From positions 77,608-141,607 of the forward strand of contig JBLIRO010000003.1 of assembly GCA_049472335.1 (NCBI GenBank): DNA of 64,000 nt. Direction: 5' to 3'. Positions 8,486-18,599 of the stretch are shown here, one piece after another. The notes below the pieces were generated by a model. That model saw only the letters and a list, made by a program, of their open reading frames with translations. It had not been told where the DNA came from and did not search any database. The first letter of the stretch is position 1, and each line of letters begins with the position of its first letter. A program made the translations under genes and the position numbers. This stretch comes from a bacterium (lineage in GTDB: Bacteria; SZUA-182; DTGQ01; JAFGSM01).

Positions 8486-9853
8486 TTAACTCATTGATTT
8501 TGTGGGGATTCGGTACTTAGCTATTTTCCGGTAAATAGTCATTCGGGACCAATGAAGTTTCTGAGCGGCTTTACTCTTGTTCCAATTAGTATCGAAAAGG
8601 GTTAACAGAAGCTTGTTTCTCTCGCTTTCACTAAATCCGTTCATTTCTTTGAGTCTTTCCTGATAATGCCTTGGCAGATCTATAAAAGATATCTTACGAT
8701 GGGGAAGATTGATAAAGGTTGCCTCTAATAGATTTTTTAACTCCCTGATATTACCTGGCCAGTCATAATGGAGCAAAAATCCTAATGTTTCATCAGTGAA
8801 GCCTTCTATCTTTCTATCAAATCGATGGTTTAATTTTTTTATATAGTAATTAATCAGGGGAAGAATGTCTTCTTTACGTTCACGTAATGGCGGGAGATGC
8901 ACGCGGGCCACATTTAGCCGATAATAAAGATCTTTTCTGAATTTCCCGTCCGATACCATTTGCTCAGAATCCTGATTTGTGGCTGCGATAATTCTTACAT
9001 CAGTGGGTATTCCGCCGTTTCCTCCTAAACGATGAATTTCTTTCTTTTCAATAGCCCTCAATATTTTTGCCTGAGCGAAAGGAGTCATGTCACCTATTTC
9101 ATCCAGAAAGATGGTCCCTTCATTAGCAAGCTCAAATTTTCCACGCTTTGATGCTATTGCTCCTGTAAAGGCCCCTTTCTCATAACCGAACAGCTCACTT
9201 TCCAAAAGACCCTCAGGCAGTGCAGCGCAATTTATGCTTATAAACGGTTTTTGACTTTTTGAACTATTTTGATGAATAAGTTCAGCCGCCAGTTCTTTAC
9301 CTGTGCCTGTTTCACCGGTAATAAGAACCGTGCTTTCTGTTGGTGCAACCTTCATGATATATGTCTTGATATCTTTTATTTGTCCGCTTTCACCTATCAT
9401 AGGTTGAAAGCCGTCACAATCGGGAAAGCCTGAATTGTTATCCAAAGATAACGGCTGAGCAATGTTGAAGATATTGCGTTGCTGAACAATATCAGATAGA
9501 TTTCGGCTTATACTTGACATCAATTCATTGAAAGAGATTGGGTGTTTGAAATAATCATTTACACCTATCCTGAGGGCGGCAATAATCCGCTCTTCCGTAT
9601 TATTCTTTGTGACCAGAATAATAGGGACTTGCCTGTTATACTTGCGTATCTTTTCTGCCACTTGTAATCCATCCCATGTATCATTCAGGGAGGAACCTAA
9701 TATAATCAGATTCAGAATTTTATATTGAATATAATGGAGAATATTAGTTTTGTTTATTGCTTCGATGACTTCAAGACCCTGATTAATCAATCGTGATTTC
9801 AATTTTTGACATAAATTCTGATCACCTACGGCAACCATGATTGTTAGACTCAT
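8486..9853 (-). CDS. Sigma-54-dependent activator (receiver-like, AAA+, Fis HTH)
   Basis: GETGTGKE Walker A, GAFTGA, FLDEIGD, WPGNIREL, NKSKAAQKL HTH. Confidence 0.95.
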   Translation of the reverse strand: MSLTIMVAVGDQNLCQKLKSRLINQGLEVIEAINKTNILHYIQYKILNLIILGSSLNDTWDGLQVAEKIRKYNRQVPIILVTKNNTEERIIAALRIGVNDYFKHPISFNELMSSISRNLSDIVQQRNIFNIAQPLSLDNNSGFPDCDGFQPMIGESGQIKDIKTYIMKVAPTESTVLITGETGTGKELAAELIHQNSSKSQKPFISINCAALPEGLLESELFGYEKGAFTGAIASKRGKFELANEGTIFLDEIGDMTPFAQAKILRAIEKKEIHRLGGNGGIPTDVRIIAATNQDSEQMVSDGKFRKDLYYRLNVARVHLPPLRERKEDILPLINYYIKKLNHRFDRKIEGFTDETLGFLLHYDWPGNIRELKNLLEATFINLPHRKISFIDLPRHYQERLKEMNGFSESERNKLLLTLFDTNWNKSKAAQKLHWSRMTIYRKIAKYRIPTKSMS

Positions 9854-10455
9854 AATAATACCCCTTTTTATGTTTTTAAAAGATTATTATTTCTAACAAT
9901 AAGGGCCAAGAAAGAACATATTCAACTGCAACAACCAATGATACGACAATACAAAATCTCAGGATTTGATCAGAACTGGTTTTATTATATAGTTCGTTAT
10001 AGGATTATAAATAGAAAGTGCCTGTGGTATTTCAAGTTCTTGTCTTTGATTTCTTTTATAAAGTTCTCTATTTAATTCTATAATTCAATAACAGCAATAT
10101 CAGATTGTGAATTGAATACTCCGGACGTTAAGGAAAAACTACAATAAATCATATTATTTTTAAATAATTTAATTACTAAGATCACTTTCAGAACCCAAAA
10201 TTTTAATAGAAATATCGATCTTGCCCTTATTTAGCCTATATCCAGATAATTTATAATAGTTTGACCTCCTTGTTATTAAATTTATTAAATATTTATGGTA
10301 ATAATAGTGCAATATGATATTATTAGGAAAATTTAGTGAAAGATCGTGAGGCTATGAACCGAGTATCATTTTGAAAATGAAGTCTATATTTATTTATAAT
10401 TATACCACAATTTGAAAAAAATAAAAGGGTTATTTATTCATTAATTTAAATCATT

Positions 10456-11601
10456 CTATTTTATATAAGATTTTAAAGCGCGTATCGCAATATCTATCTC
10501 CTCTTTAGTATTGAAATAGGATAATGAAAATCTAACGGTGCCCTTGGGGAAGGTGCCTAATGTTTTGTGGGCTTCCGGCGCACAATGTAATCCCGGTCTT
10601 GTATATATGTCCCATTCAGAATCAAGATACCGGGAGATATCCGAAGCGGTCGCCCCTTTCACATTAAAAGAAACCGTTGCCACACGATCAGTATCAGGGG
10701 CGTACACTTCCACCTCTTCAATTTCAAAGAGTTTTTCAAGAAGATAGTGGGTCATTTCCTGTTCATATTCGATGATGTTTTCAAGCCCCTGGCTAATAAT
10801 GAAATGGATTCCCGCGGTGAGGCCTGAAAATCCGGGGGTGTTTAACGTACCGGCCTCAAATTTATCCGGAGTAAAATCAGGATGAACCGTCTTTTCGGAC
10901 AAACTGCCTGTGCCTCCCCGCATAAAAGATTCAAGCTCACCGGGTTTTTTTACAATGAGGGCGCCTGTGCCCTGGGGGCCAAAGAGATGTTTATGGCCTG
11001 TAATGGCAAAAAGATCAAAGGGGGTTTCCTTTAAATCTATCTTCATCGTTCCCGCCCCCTGCGCCCCATCCACTAGAAGCTTGATACCCGCGGCATGAGA
11101 AACCTGAAATATACCTGCCAAATCCAGTTTGGTGCCTGAAACGTTTGAAGCGGAGGTTATGGCAATGAGTTTCGTTTTGTCGGTTATGGCTGCTTTGATC
11201 TGCTGAGGGGTCACAATACCCCTTTGATCTGCAAGTAGGATCTTAAGTGTGATATTCCCCTGACCTTTGAGGTGATTCAGGGGCCTCAACACTGAATTAT
11301 GCTCCATGGAGGTGGTGATAACCTCGTCACCGGCATTTAATGATCCGTAAATGGCTATATTTAAGGCTTCTGTAGCGTTTTTCGTAAGAACAATATTTTC
11401 CGTGTCGGAAAAATTGAAAAGCTCACCTATGATCTCGCGTGTATTATAGATAACCTCCGCCGCTTTAATGGACAATGTATGTCCGGACCTGCCCGGATTC
11501 GCATTCATATATTTTAAGCAGTTGCATATTGCATTTATGACAGTGTCCGGTTTGGCCCCCGAAGTTGCGGCATTGTCAAAATATATCCCTTTCGGCTTCA
11601 T
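10456..11601 (-). CDS. Cysteine desulfurase-family class V PLP enzyme
   Basis: YFDNAATS, MEHNSV, DGAQ, TGHK (PLP lysine), RPGLHCAP (catalytic Cys). Confidence 0.92.
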   Translation of the reverse strand: MKPKGIYFDNAATSGAKPDTVINAICNCLKYMNANPGRSGHTLSIKAAEVIYNTREIIGELFNFSDTENIVLTKNATEALNIAIYGSLNAGDEVITTSMEHNSVLRPLNHLKGQGNITLKILLADQRGIVTPQQIKAAITDKTKLIAITSASNVSGTKLDLAGIFQVSHAAGIKLLVDGAQGAGTMKIDLKETPFDLFAITGHKHLFGPQGTGALIVKKPGELESFMRGGTGSLSEKTVHPDFTPDKFEAGTLNTPGFSGLTAGIHFIISQGLENIIEYEQEMTHYLLEKLFEIEEVEVYAPDTDRVATVSFNVKGATASDISRYLDSEWDIYTRPGLHCAPEAHKTLGTFPKGTVRFSLSYFNTKEEIDIAIRALKSYIK

Positions 11602-11665
11602 GAAGGATCCCCCGCTCCCCTGCCCTATTTTTTCAACTCCGGATTTATATTCACTTTTTCTGTAA

Positions 11666-11896
11666 TCATCCCGTTTCCCATTGATAAATACAATCGTATT
11701 CCACCCTGTTTTCCTTTAGGATCTTTTCCGCGTCTTCTTTTTCTTCCCATGGGACTTTGCAGCAAAAACCGCAATCAGAACTCAGCTCCCTTGGTATGTT
11801 TGTCAGCTCCGGTTTCTTCCCATAGCCTTCCAGCACCTTTTTGGCCTTAATGGCAAAATGGTTAGTATGAAATGTTATGATTCCAAAAATTGCCAT
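11666..11896 (-). CDS. DUF3343-like putative S/Se carrier protein
   Basis: ITFHTNHFAIKA...PRELSSDCG motif; adjacent to a cysteine desulfurase. Confidence 0.8.
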   Translation of the reverse strand: MAIFGIITFHTNHFAIKAKKVLEGYGKKPELTNIPRELSSDCGFCCKVPWEEKEDAEKILKENRVEYDCIYQWETG

Positions 11897-12079
11897 ATAT
11901 CCTGTCTTTAGTTTTTATTTGGTTAGATCAAAAAACAAAGCGGCTTATGTTTATTTATTCAATATAGATTCCCATATCTTCAATATATATTATCGATTAA
12001 ATATCCAAAGAACTCAAATTGGATTTATTTATATAAAAAATCTTTTTTATAAGACAATTCTATAATTAGTTATATTGCT

Positions 12080-12096
12080 CTGGCATGTTTAATGCT
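12080..12096 (+). promoter_or_regulatory. Possible sigma-54 promoter
   Basis: CTGGCATGTTTAATGCT = TGGCA with GG-N10-GC, just upstream of the 12131 gene. Confidence 0.55.
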
Positions 12097-12130
12097 TATA
12101 AGCGAATTTTATAAAAAAAGTAACACTTAA

Positions 12131-12748
12131 TTGTTTTTAAAAGTCAAGGTTTTGGGATATAGGAGCAAGACATTGTTATCACGAAAAGGAACGCCTTTAA
12201 GAATATTTTCCTTTTTGTTTCTAGTTGTGTCCCTGATATCCTGTGGTGGAGGAGGTAGCGAAAATACCGGAAAAAATATGTGGTATGAAAGGATAGAAGG
12301 CTGGCAAACAAGGGAGTTGGCGTGCCTTGAATATCCTGAATACAATTATGATCAATCTGACTTTATTGTTGAAGAGTCGGTTTTAAGGGACATTAACAGA
12401 GAGGTATTCCACAGTAATAAATATGTCAAGGATGAGGGAATCGATTTTTGGCAGACATCATGCGAGACAATACAATACGCCGAAGGTGATTGCGAGGACC
12501 TTGCGATCTTAGTCTGGAGAAAATTAAGGGCCAAAGGCTATCCTGACAAAATAAACGGAATGATATTAAGTGAAAGAGACGGATTGTTTCATGTGTTTGT
12601 GGCGGTATATTATTCAGAAGATGATTTTTACATTATTGATCCAACCGGCTATTTCACATTTAATGTAGTTCCCGGGAGAGAATTTCTCAATACGGAAAAA
12701 ATAAATCTCATTTTATGGTTTAACATGTTTTTGATCAGGGAACTCTAA
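12131..12748 (+). CDS. Transglutaminase-like cysteine peptidase lipoprotein (BTLCP/LapG-like); start uncertain
   Basis: Lipobox LISC; DFWQT...GDCEDLA; downstream H (FHVF) and D (IIDP). Confidence 0.75.
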   Translation: MFLKVKVLGYRSKTLLSRKGTPLRIFSFLFLVVSLISCGGGGSENTGKNMWYERIEGWQTRELACLEYPEYNYDQSDFIVEESVLRDINREVFHSNKYVKDEGIDFWQTSCETIQYAEGDCEDLAILVWRKLRAKGYPDKINGMILSERDGLFHVFVAVYYSEDDFYIIDPTGYFTFNVVPGREFLNTEKINLILWFNMFLIREL

Positions 12749-14355
12749 AATAATCCGGTCTTTGTGTACATAACCATTCGATTATCATACAGATCCTTTG
12801 CGTGATAAGAGCTCCTTACAAACGGTCCGCTGGCAACATCAGAAAAACCCATTTTAAGGGCACTCTTTTTCCACTGCATAAATTCTTCAGGCGGTACAAA
12901 ACGTCTTACAGGCAAATGTTCCCTGGTGGGTTGAAGATATTGTCCTATTGTCAGTATACTGCATCCGACATCCACAAGATCCTTTAATATTTTTTCAATC
13001 TCTTCAGGTGTTTCTCCCAGGCCCAGCATGATTCCTGACTTTGTCGGAATGGCAGGATTTCTCAGACCGGCATGCATTAATAGCCTGATAGAACGCCAGT
13101 AAATAGCTTTGGGTCGAACAGAAGGATAAAGACTAGGTACTGTTTCGATATTATGATTTAAAACAGCGGGTTGTGCGTCCAGCACAATCTGAAGGGCATC
13201 CATATCCCCTTGAAAATCAGGTATCAAAACCTCGATACACGCGTTTGGTATCTTTTTACGCACCTCCCTGATCGTTTTTGCAAAGTGACCTGCCCCGCCA
13301 TCGGGAAGGTCATCCCGTGTCACAGATGTAATCACCACGTAACTAAGCCCCATATTCCTGGCAGCTTCCGCTACCCTTTCCGGTTCCTCCGGGTCAGGCA
13401 GGCCGGATGGACCCTGTTCTACAGCACAAAACCGGCAGTTCCGGGTACAACGAGGCCCCATAATCAAAAATGTGGATGTTCTTTGGGAGAAACATTCCCA
13501 GATATTAGGGCATTTGGCCTCCTGGCATACGGTGTGAAGACGACTTTTATTTAAGAGGGATCTGACATTTTCATACGAAGGCCCAGTGGGAAGATTCCGT
13601 TTTAACCAGTGTGGTTTTTTAACATATTTTTTAGATGCATGATTCTGACGTTCTTTTAAAATCTCATCCAATTCCTTCAAGTTCATCTTTTTCAACTCAA
13701 TATCGAAAACCGATTCAGTATGCTTTTTAATGATTTTTCTTGCCTCACGCATGGAAACCTTACGAGACAGCTCCTGTTCGATGGATGTCATGTCAACATT
13801 TTTCAGGCCGCAGGGATTTATCCATGTAAACGGCATCATGTTCAAATTGATATTGATGGCAAGCCCATGAAAGGAAATCCCTCTCCGGACCGCTATCCCG
13901 ACACTTCCGATTTTTCTGTTCTTTACCCATACCCCCCTGTTTATGGAATTTCTCTCGGTCTCTATTCCAAAATCCGAAGCAGTTCGGATCATTACCTCCT
14001 CGAGCCTTTCTATTAATTCGGACACTCCCAGCCTGGCTATGTGAAGATCGATGATTGGATACATAATGAGCTGTCCCGGCCCGTGATATGTTATGTTACC
14101 CCCACGCTCCGCCTTGATGACCTGAATACCTTTTTCCTTAAGAAAATCCTCAGAAACCATAAGGTCATTCAAACCGGCATTGTGGCCAAGCGTAAATACA
14201 GAAGAATGTTCCAACAACACAACAACATCACTTTCAATAATCCTCTCTTTTCTGGCTGTTACAAGTTCGGCCTGAAGATTCCATGCCTCCTTATATTCAG
14301 TGACAGGAAGATCAAGGCAAAACCATCTTTTCTCTTTTTTTGTTTTATTCTTCAT
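12745..14355 (-). CDS. lipB-lipA: Fused octanoyltransferase (LipB) and lipoyl synthase (LipA)
   Basis: EHSSVFTLG, RGGNITYHGPGQL, NPCG (LipB); CQEAKCPNIWEC, CTRNCRFC, RSSY (LipA) in one frame. Confidence 0.93.
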   Translation of the reverse strand: MKNKTKKEKRWFCLDLPVTEYKEAWNLQAELVTARKERIIESDVVVLLEHSSVFTLGHNAGLNDLMVSEDFLKEKGIQVIKAERGGNITYHGPGQLIMYPIIDLHIARLGVSELIERLEEVMIRTASDFGIETERNSINRGVWVKNRKIGSVGIAVRRGISFHGLAININLNMMPFTWINPCGLKNVDMTSIEQELSRKVSMREARKIIKKHTESVFDIELKKMNLKELDEILKERQNHASKKYVKKPHWLKRNLPTGPSYENVRSLLNKSRLHTVCQEAKCPNIWECFSQRTSTFLIMGPRCTRNCRFCAVEQGPSGLPDPEEPERVAEAARNMGLSYVVITSVTRDDLPDGGAGHFAKTIREVRKKIPNACIEVLIPDFQGDMDALQIVLDAQPAVLNHNIETVPSLYPSVRPKAIYWRSIRLLMHAGLRNPAIPTKSGIMLGLGETPEEIEKILKDLVDVGCSILTIGQYLQPTREHLPVRRFVPPEEFMQWKKSALKMGFSDVASGPFVRSSYHAKDLYDNRMVMYTKTGLF

Positions 14356-14408
14356 ATTTTGAGATTAGATCAAAGAATGAACGCTTCTTTCTATTCAAAT
14401 TACAACTC

Positions 14409-15812
14409 TTATTCAGGAAAAAAAACCTTCTCACACTTCCTTGGCGGGAGTCCCAGCCGCTTGAGGCCCACCTCTGCGACCTGGGCGATTGCGTCATACA
14501 TCTGAGAAAACGGTGGATTGTACGAAAGCTCGGCATCGGAAATGTCATAAAGGGTCATGCCTCCATGAATGGCAAGCGCAAAGATATTGATTCTCCACGC
14601 AGCACCTTCCCTGCCCACGGCCTGTGCGCCTAAAAGCCTGCCATCCCTGGAATCGCAAATTACCCTCAGGTTTATCTGTGTTGCGTCAGGCATATAATGA
14701 GGTTTTGTTTCACGCATGGTGGATATTGCCCTGGCATCATATCCCAAACCTTTTGCCGCCTCCAGGGTATAACCGGTTGAGGCAATCTCCAGATCTCCAA
14801 TAACTGTAAGGAAGGTGTTAAGAGCGCCGGGATAAAATGTGTTCCCTCCGGCTGCGTTTATCCCTGCCGCCATCCCCTGCATGTAAGCAGCCGTTGCGAG
14901 CTGCATAGTTGTGGGTGTTCCGTCTATTCGTGAATAGGTTTGCACCAGATCTCCTACCGCGTAAACACCTTCAACGGTTGTCTCCATCCTGTTGTTTACA
15001 ATCACAAAACCATTTTTTGTTTTTGCACCAGTCATCTCGGCCAGTTTCAAGTTCCCTCTCATCCCCACGGCCATAACGACTATGTCGCAATCGATCTTTT
15101 CACCGGCTATCTCAACATATTCAACCTTTTGATCGCCATTTATACTGTCAATCCCTTTCCCAAAAAGGACACGTATCCCCAATCCTTCTAAATGCTCGAT
15201 TATTAGTTTACCCATAGCCGGGTCAAGATTTCTGGGAAAAGGATGCGGTGTCCTTTTTGTTACCGATACGTCAAGTCCCATTTTTTTCAATCCCGCCGCA
15301 ACCTCGAGTCCCATGGCTCCGCCACCCACTACCAGGGCCATTTTTTTGCCGGACGATCTCGCGGCTTCAAAAAGTTCCCTGCTATTCTTCATATCAGATA
15401 CAAAATGTATCCCTTTTCCCAGAAATTCCTTTGCACCGGGGATCGGAAGATTGATCGGCGACGCTCCGGTGGCAAGTATCAGAGAATCATAACTGATTTC
15501 CTTCTCCATTGATTTTGCAAGATCCAGAACCTTCAAAACCTTCTTCTCATGATCGACTGCTATCACTTCATGATAAAGCAGTTTAGTCAGTTTCTTGCTG
15601 AATTCCGGAACGTCATATCTTAAAGCATCAAAGTCCTTGATTAAACCTTCAATCACGAAGGGGAGGCCGCACGGGGAAAACTGGTCGAAATCCCTTTTCT
15701 CAATAATAGTTACATGGCATTTCCGGTTAAATTGCAGCGCGCTTTTTGATGCATAGAGTCCCCCTACACCAAGACCTACTATGACTATTTCCAAAAAATC
15801 CTTATCCGGCAT
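14409..15812 (-). CDS. FAD-dependent pyridine nucleotide-disulfide oxidoreductase, NADH oxidase/CoA-disulfide reductase type
   Basis: GLGVGG, SPCGLP single redox Cys, ATGA, GGGAMGLE, YAVGD, LSYNPPFS; ATG at 15812 lies 1 nt after the gcvPB stop. Confidence 0.88.
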   Translation of the reverse strand: MPDKDFLEIVIVGLGVGGLYASKSALQFNRKCHVTIIEKRDFDQFSPCGLPFVIEGLIKDFDALRYDVPEFSKKLTKLLYHEVIAVDHEKKVLKVLDLAKSMEKEISYDSLILATGASPINLPIPGAKEFLGKGIHFVSDMKNSRELFEAARSSGKKMALVVGGGAMGLEVAAGLKKMGLDVSVTKRTPHPFPRNLDPAMGKLIIEHLEGLGIRVLFGKGIDSINGDQKVEYVEIAGEKIDCDIVVMAVGMRGNLKLAEMTGAKTKNGFVIVNNRMETTVEGVYAVGDLVQTYSRIDGTPTTMQLATAAYMQGMAAGINAAGGNTFYPGALNTFLTVIGDLEIASTGYTLEAAKGLGYDARAISTMRETKPHYMPDATQINLRVICDSRDGRLLGAQAVGREGAAWRINIFALAIHGGMTLYDISDAELSYNPPFSQMYDAIAQVAEVGLKRLGLPPRKCEKVFFPE

Positions 15813-15813
15813 T

Positions 15814-17271
15814 TTATCCAGCGAGACACGGCTTTCTTGCTGCTGTAACTTCATCCAGCCTTTTTACCTTGCAGCTTTTAGGCGCATGATGAAGCAGATT
15901 GGGGGTCTCCCTTGCCTCATCCACTATGGACTTGAAGGCTTCGACAAAACGATCGATATCCTCTTTCGATTCTGTTTCAGTAGGCTCGACCATAATGGCT
16001 CCATGAACCACCAGAGGGAAATAACAGGTGGGAGGGTGAAATCCATACTCCATAAGCCTCTTGGCCATATCCAAGGTCGTAATCTTATATGGCTCCTGAT
16101 TTTTATCGGAAAACACGCATTCATGCATACAGGGTCTGTCATAGGGCAGATGCAATGTCTCCTTCAACTGTTCCTTGATATAATTTGCGTTTAATACCGC
16201 GAGCTGACTGACTTTTTTCAGGTTTTTCGGTCCCATGCTTCGTATATAACTGTAAGCCTTGATCATTACTCCCACGTTTCCGAAAAATGCCTGTACTTTT
16301 CCTATAGATTGTGGATAATCAGAGGAAATGACATATCCGCCGTTTTCCTTTTTTACACGGGGAACTGGCAAAAATGGCTCCAGATGTTTTTTCACGCAAA
16401 CGGGCCCTGAGCCAGGTCCTCCTCCTCCATGGGGGGTAGAAAAGGTCTTATGCAGGTTTATATGCATCACGTCCACTCCGATGTGGCCCATCTTTGCAAT
16501 ACCCATCACAGCGTTCAAATTGGCGCCGTCACAATAGACCATCCCGCCTTTTGAGTGGATTATATCGGCTATTTCCCTTATGTTTTCCTCGAAAAGACCC
16601 AGGGTGTTGGGATTGGTAACCATGATCCCGGCAGTTTCTTCATCCATGACTTCTGTAATTGCCTCTACAGACAGAATTCCCTTTTCATTGGAACTTACTG
16701 GTACCGGCTGGTAACCACAAAGTGTCACACTGGCAGGATTTGTGCCGTGTGCGGTATCAGGGACAATGATCTTGGAACGCTGCAAACCTTTGCTTTTGTG
16801 GTAAGCGTGAATCAGAAGCATTCCGGTGAGCTCTCCGTGGGCCCCGGCAGCAGGCTGGAGGGTTGTGGCTTCCATGCCCGCTATTTCTGAAAGATAATTT
16901 TCAAGCTCAAACATCATCCTGAGAACGCCCTGGGAAAGATGGGCCGGAAGCAGAGGATGCGCCCCGATAAAACCGGGAAGCCCGGCCTGTCTCTCATTCG
17001 TCTTCGGGCTATACTTCATTGTGCAAGAACCCAGGGGATACATTCCGGTATCCACCCCGAAATTCCATTGGGAAAGCCTGGTATAATGACGCACAACATC
17101 CACCTCGCTGAGGTCCGGAAATTCCGGGCCTTCACCTGTCATTTCAGCGGGCAGGGAAGAGGATCTAACGTCAGCCGCCGGAAGTGAGTATCCCCGCCTC
17201 CCCTTTTTCCCTTTTTCCCATAAAAGAGGTTCGTTTAGGATAAGACCCGTTGTGCCTACGCGTTCTTTCAT
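15814..17271 (-). CDS. gcvPB: Glycine dehydrogenase (decarboxylating) subunit 2
   Basis: YPLGSCTMKY, AHGTNPAS, NLHKTFSTPHGGGGPG; ATGA overlap with the gcvPA stop. Confidence 0.97.
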   Translation of the reverse strand: MKERVGTTGLILNEPLLWEKGKKGRRGYSLPAADVRSSSLPAEMTGEGPEFPDLSEVDVVRHYTRLSQWNFGVDTGMYPLGSCTMKYSPKTNERQAGLPGFIGAHPLLPAHLSQGVLRMMFELENYLSEIAGMEATTLQPAAGAHGELTGMLLIHAYHKSKGLQRSKIIVPDTAHGTNPASVTLCGYQPVPVSSNEKGILSVEAITEVMDEETAGIMVTNPNTLGLFEENIREIADIIHSKGGMVYCDGANLNAVMGIAKMGHIGVDVMHINLHKTFSTPHGGGGPGSGPVCVKKHLEPFLPVPRVKKENGGYVISSDYPQSIGKVQAFFGNVGVMIKAYSYIRSMGPKNLKKVSQLAVLNANYIKEQLKETLHLPYDRPCMHECVFSDKNQEPYKITTLDMAKRLMEYGFHPPTCYFPLVVHGAIMVEPTETESKEDIDRFVEAFKSIVDEARETPNLLHHAPKSCKVKRLDEVTAARKPCLAG

Positions 17272-18599
17272 GATCTCACCTCCCTGATGAGTGCATCCAT
17301 GTCCTCCCTGGACTTGGTTTCTGTGACACAAAAAAGGTAGTGATTTTCAAGCCCGGGATAGTAAGGGGCAAGATGAAGACCTGCTATTATCTTCCTTTTG
17401 AGAAGATCGTTGTGAACTGTCTCAAAGCCATCGGGACATTTCATAACGAATTCATTGAATGTAGGGGTTTTAAAAGTTAAAGCAAAGCCGGCACTTTCCA
17501 ATCCGGATTTAAGATATTCAGCCTTGTCATGATTAAGGCGGGCCAGATCCCTCATTCCCGTTCCTCCCAAAGATGCCATATATATGGCGGCTATCAATGC
17601 GCAGAGGCTATTATTCGTACAGATGTTGGAAGTCGCCCTTTCCCTTCGAATATGCTGCTCCCTGGTTGCAAGGGTCAGGACAAAACCCCTTCTTCCATCC
17701 AGGTCCTTAGTCTGCCCAACCAGGCGGCCGGGCAGGTTGCGCATATATTTTGTAGTAGTTGCCAGCATTCCCAGGCCCGGTCCTCCGAAGCATCCCGGAA
17801 TGCCAAGGCTCTGCCCTTCCCCGCAAACAATATCCGCTCCCTGGCTTCCCGGGCTTTTCAAAAGACCGAATGCGAGGGCCTCTGTAAAGGAGGCAACTAA
17901 AAGGGCATTTTTTCCATGAACTATTTCTCCGGCAGCACGAAGATTCTCGATGCACCCGAAAAAATTGGGTGATTGAATGGCTACCGCGGCAAGATCATCC
18001 ATTTGATCCAGTTTTTCAAGATCAGTAACACCGCTTTCAAGATACGGAAGCTCTATGATTTCAAATCCGGTGGGCTCAAAATAGGTCCTGGCAACCTGTC
18101 TGTAATGAGGATGAATCAGACTTGAAACAGCCACTTTTTTTCTTTTAGTAATACGAATAGCCATCAGCAGGGATTCTGCCAGTGAAGTGGCGCCATCATA
18201 ATGAGAAGCCGTTGCCACTTCCATGCCGAGGAGTTGTGCCGTAAGTGTCTGATATTCATAAATGGCCTGAAGTGTCCCCTGGCTCATTTCCGGCTGATAG
18301 GGGGTATAAGAAGTGACGAACTCTGAGCGGGACGAAAGATATGTAACCGACGCAGGGATAAAATGTTCATAAGAGCCCGCCCCCATAAAGACTTTGTATT
18401 CAGGAGAAACAGCCATAGTACAGGAAAGGGCCTCCATATGTTTATTAAGCTCCCACTCCGTCATTGGCTGAGGCAGATCGAGATCACCTTTCATCCGGCA
18501 TCCGTCCGGTATTGTCAGGAAAAGCTCATCAAGGCTTTTCAGCCCAACAGCCTTTAACATTTCAGCAATATCTTCATTCGTATGAGGCAGATAAAGCAT
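17268..18599 (-). CDS. gcvPA: Glycine dehydrogenase (decarboxylating) subunit 1
   Basis: YTPYQPEMSQGTLQ, REQHIRRERATSNICTN. Confidence 0.97.
   Translation of the reverse strand: MLYLPHTNEDIAEMLKAVGLKSLDELFLTIPDGCRMKGDLDLPQPMTEWELNKHMEALSCTMAVSPEYKVFMGAGSYEHFIPASVTYLSSRSEFVTSYTPYQPEMSQGTLQAIYEYQTLTAQLLGMEVATASHYDGATSLAESLLMAIRITKRKKVAVSSLIHPHYRQVARTYFEPTGFEIIELPYLESGVTDLEKLDQMDDLAAVAIQSPNFFGCIENLRAAGEIVHGKNALLVASFTEALAFGLLKSPGSQGADIVCGEGQSLGIPGCFGGPGLGMLATTTKYMRNLPGRLVGQTKDLDGRRGFVLTLATREQHIRRERATSNICTNNSLCALIAAIYMASLGGTGMRDLARLNHDKAEYLKSGLESAGFALTFKTPTFNEFVMKCPDGFETVHNDLLKRKIIAGLHLAPYYPGLENHYLFCVTETKSREDMDALIREVRS

Noticed and set aside
11602..11668. Selenocysteine read-through of the TGA ending the DUF3343-like gene
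   Set aside because: The protein is already full length for the family, the TGA is not at a Cys-equivalent motif position, and I see no convincing SECIS hairpin.
14409..15812. Calling the flavoprotein lpdA
   Set aside because: It lacks the GGxCxxxGCxP disulfide motif and has the single-Cys CGLP signature instead.
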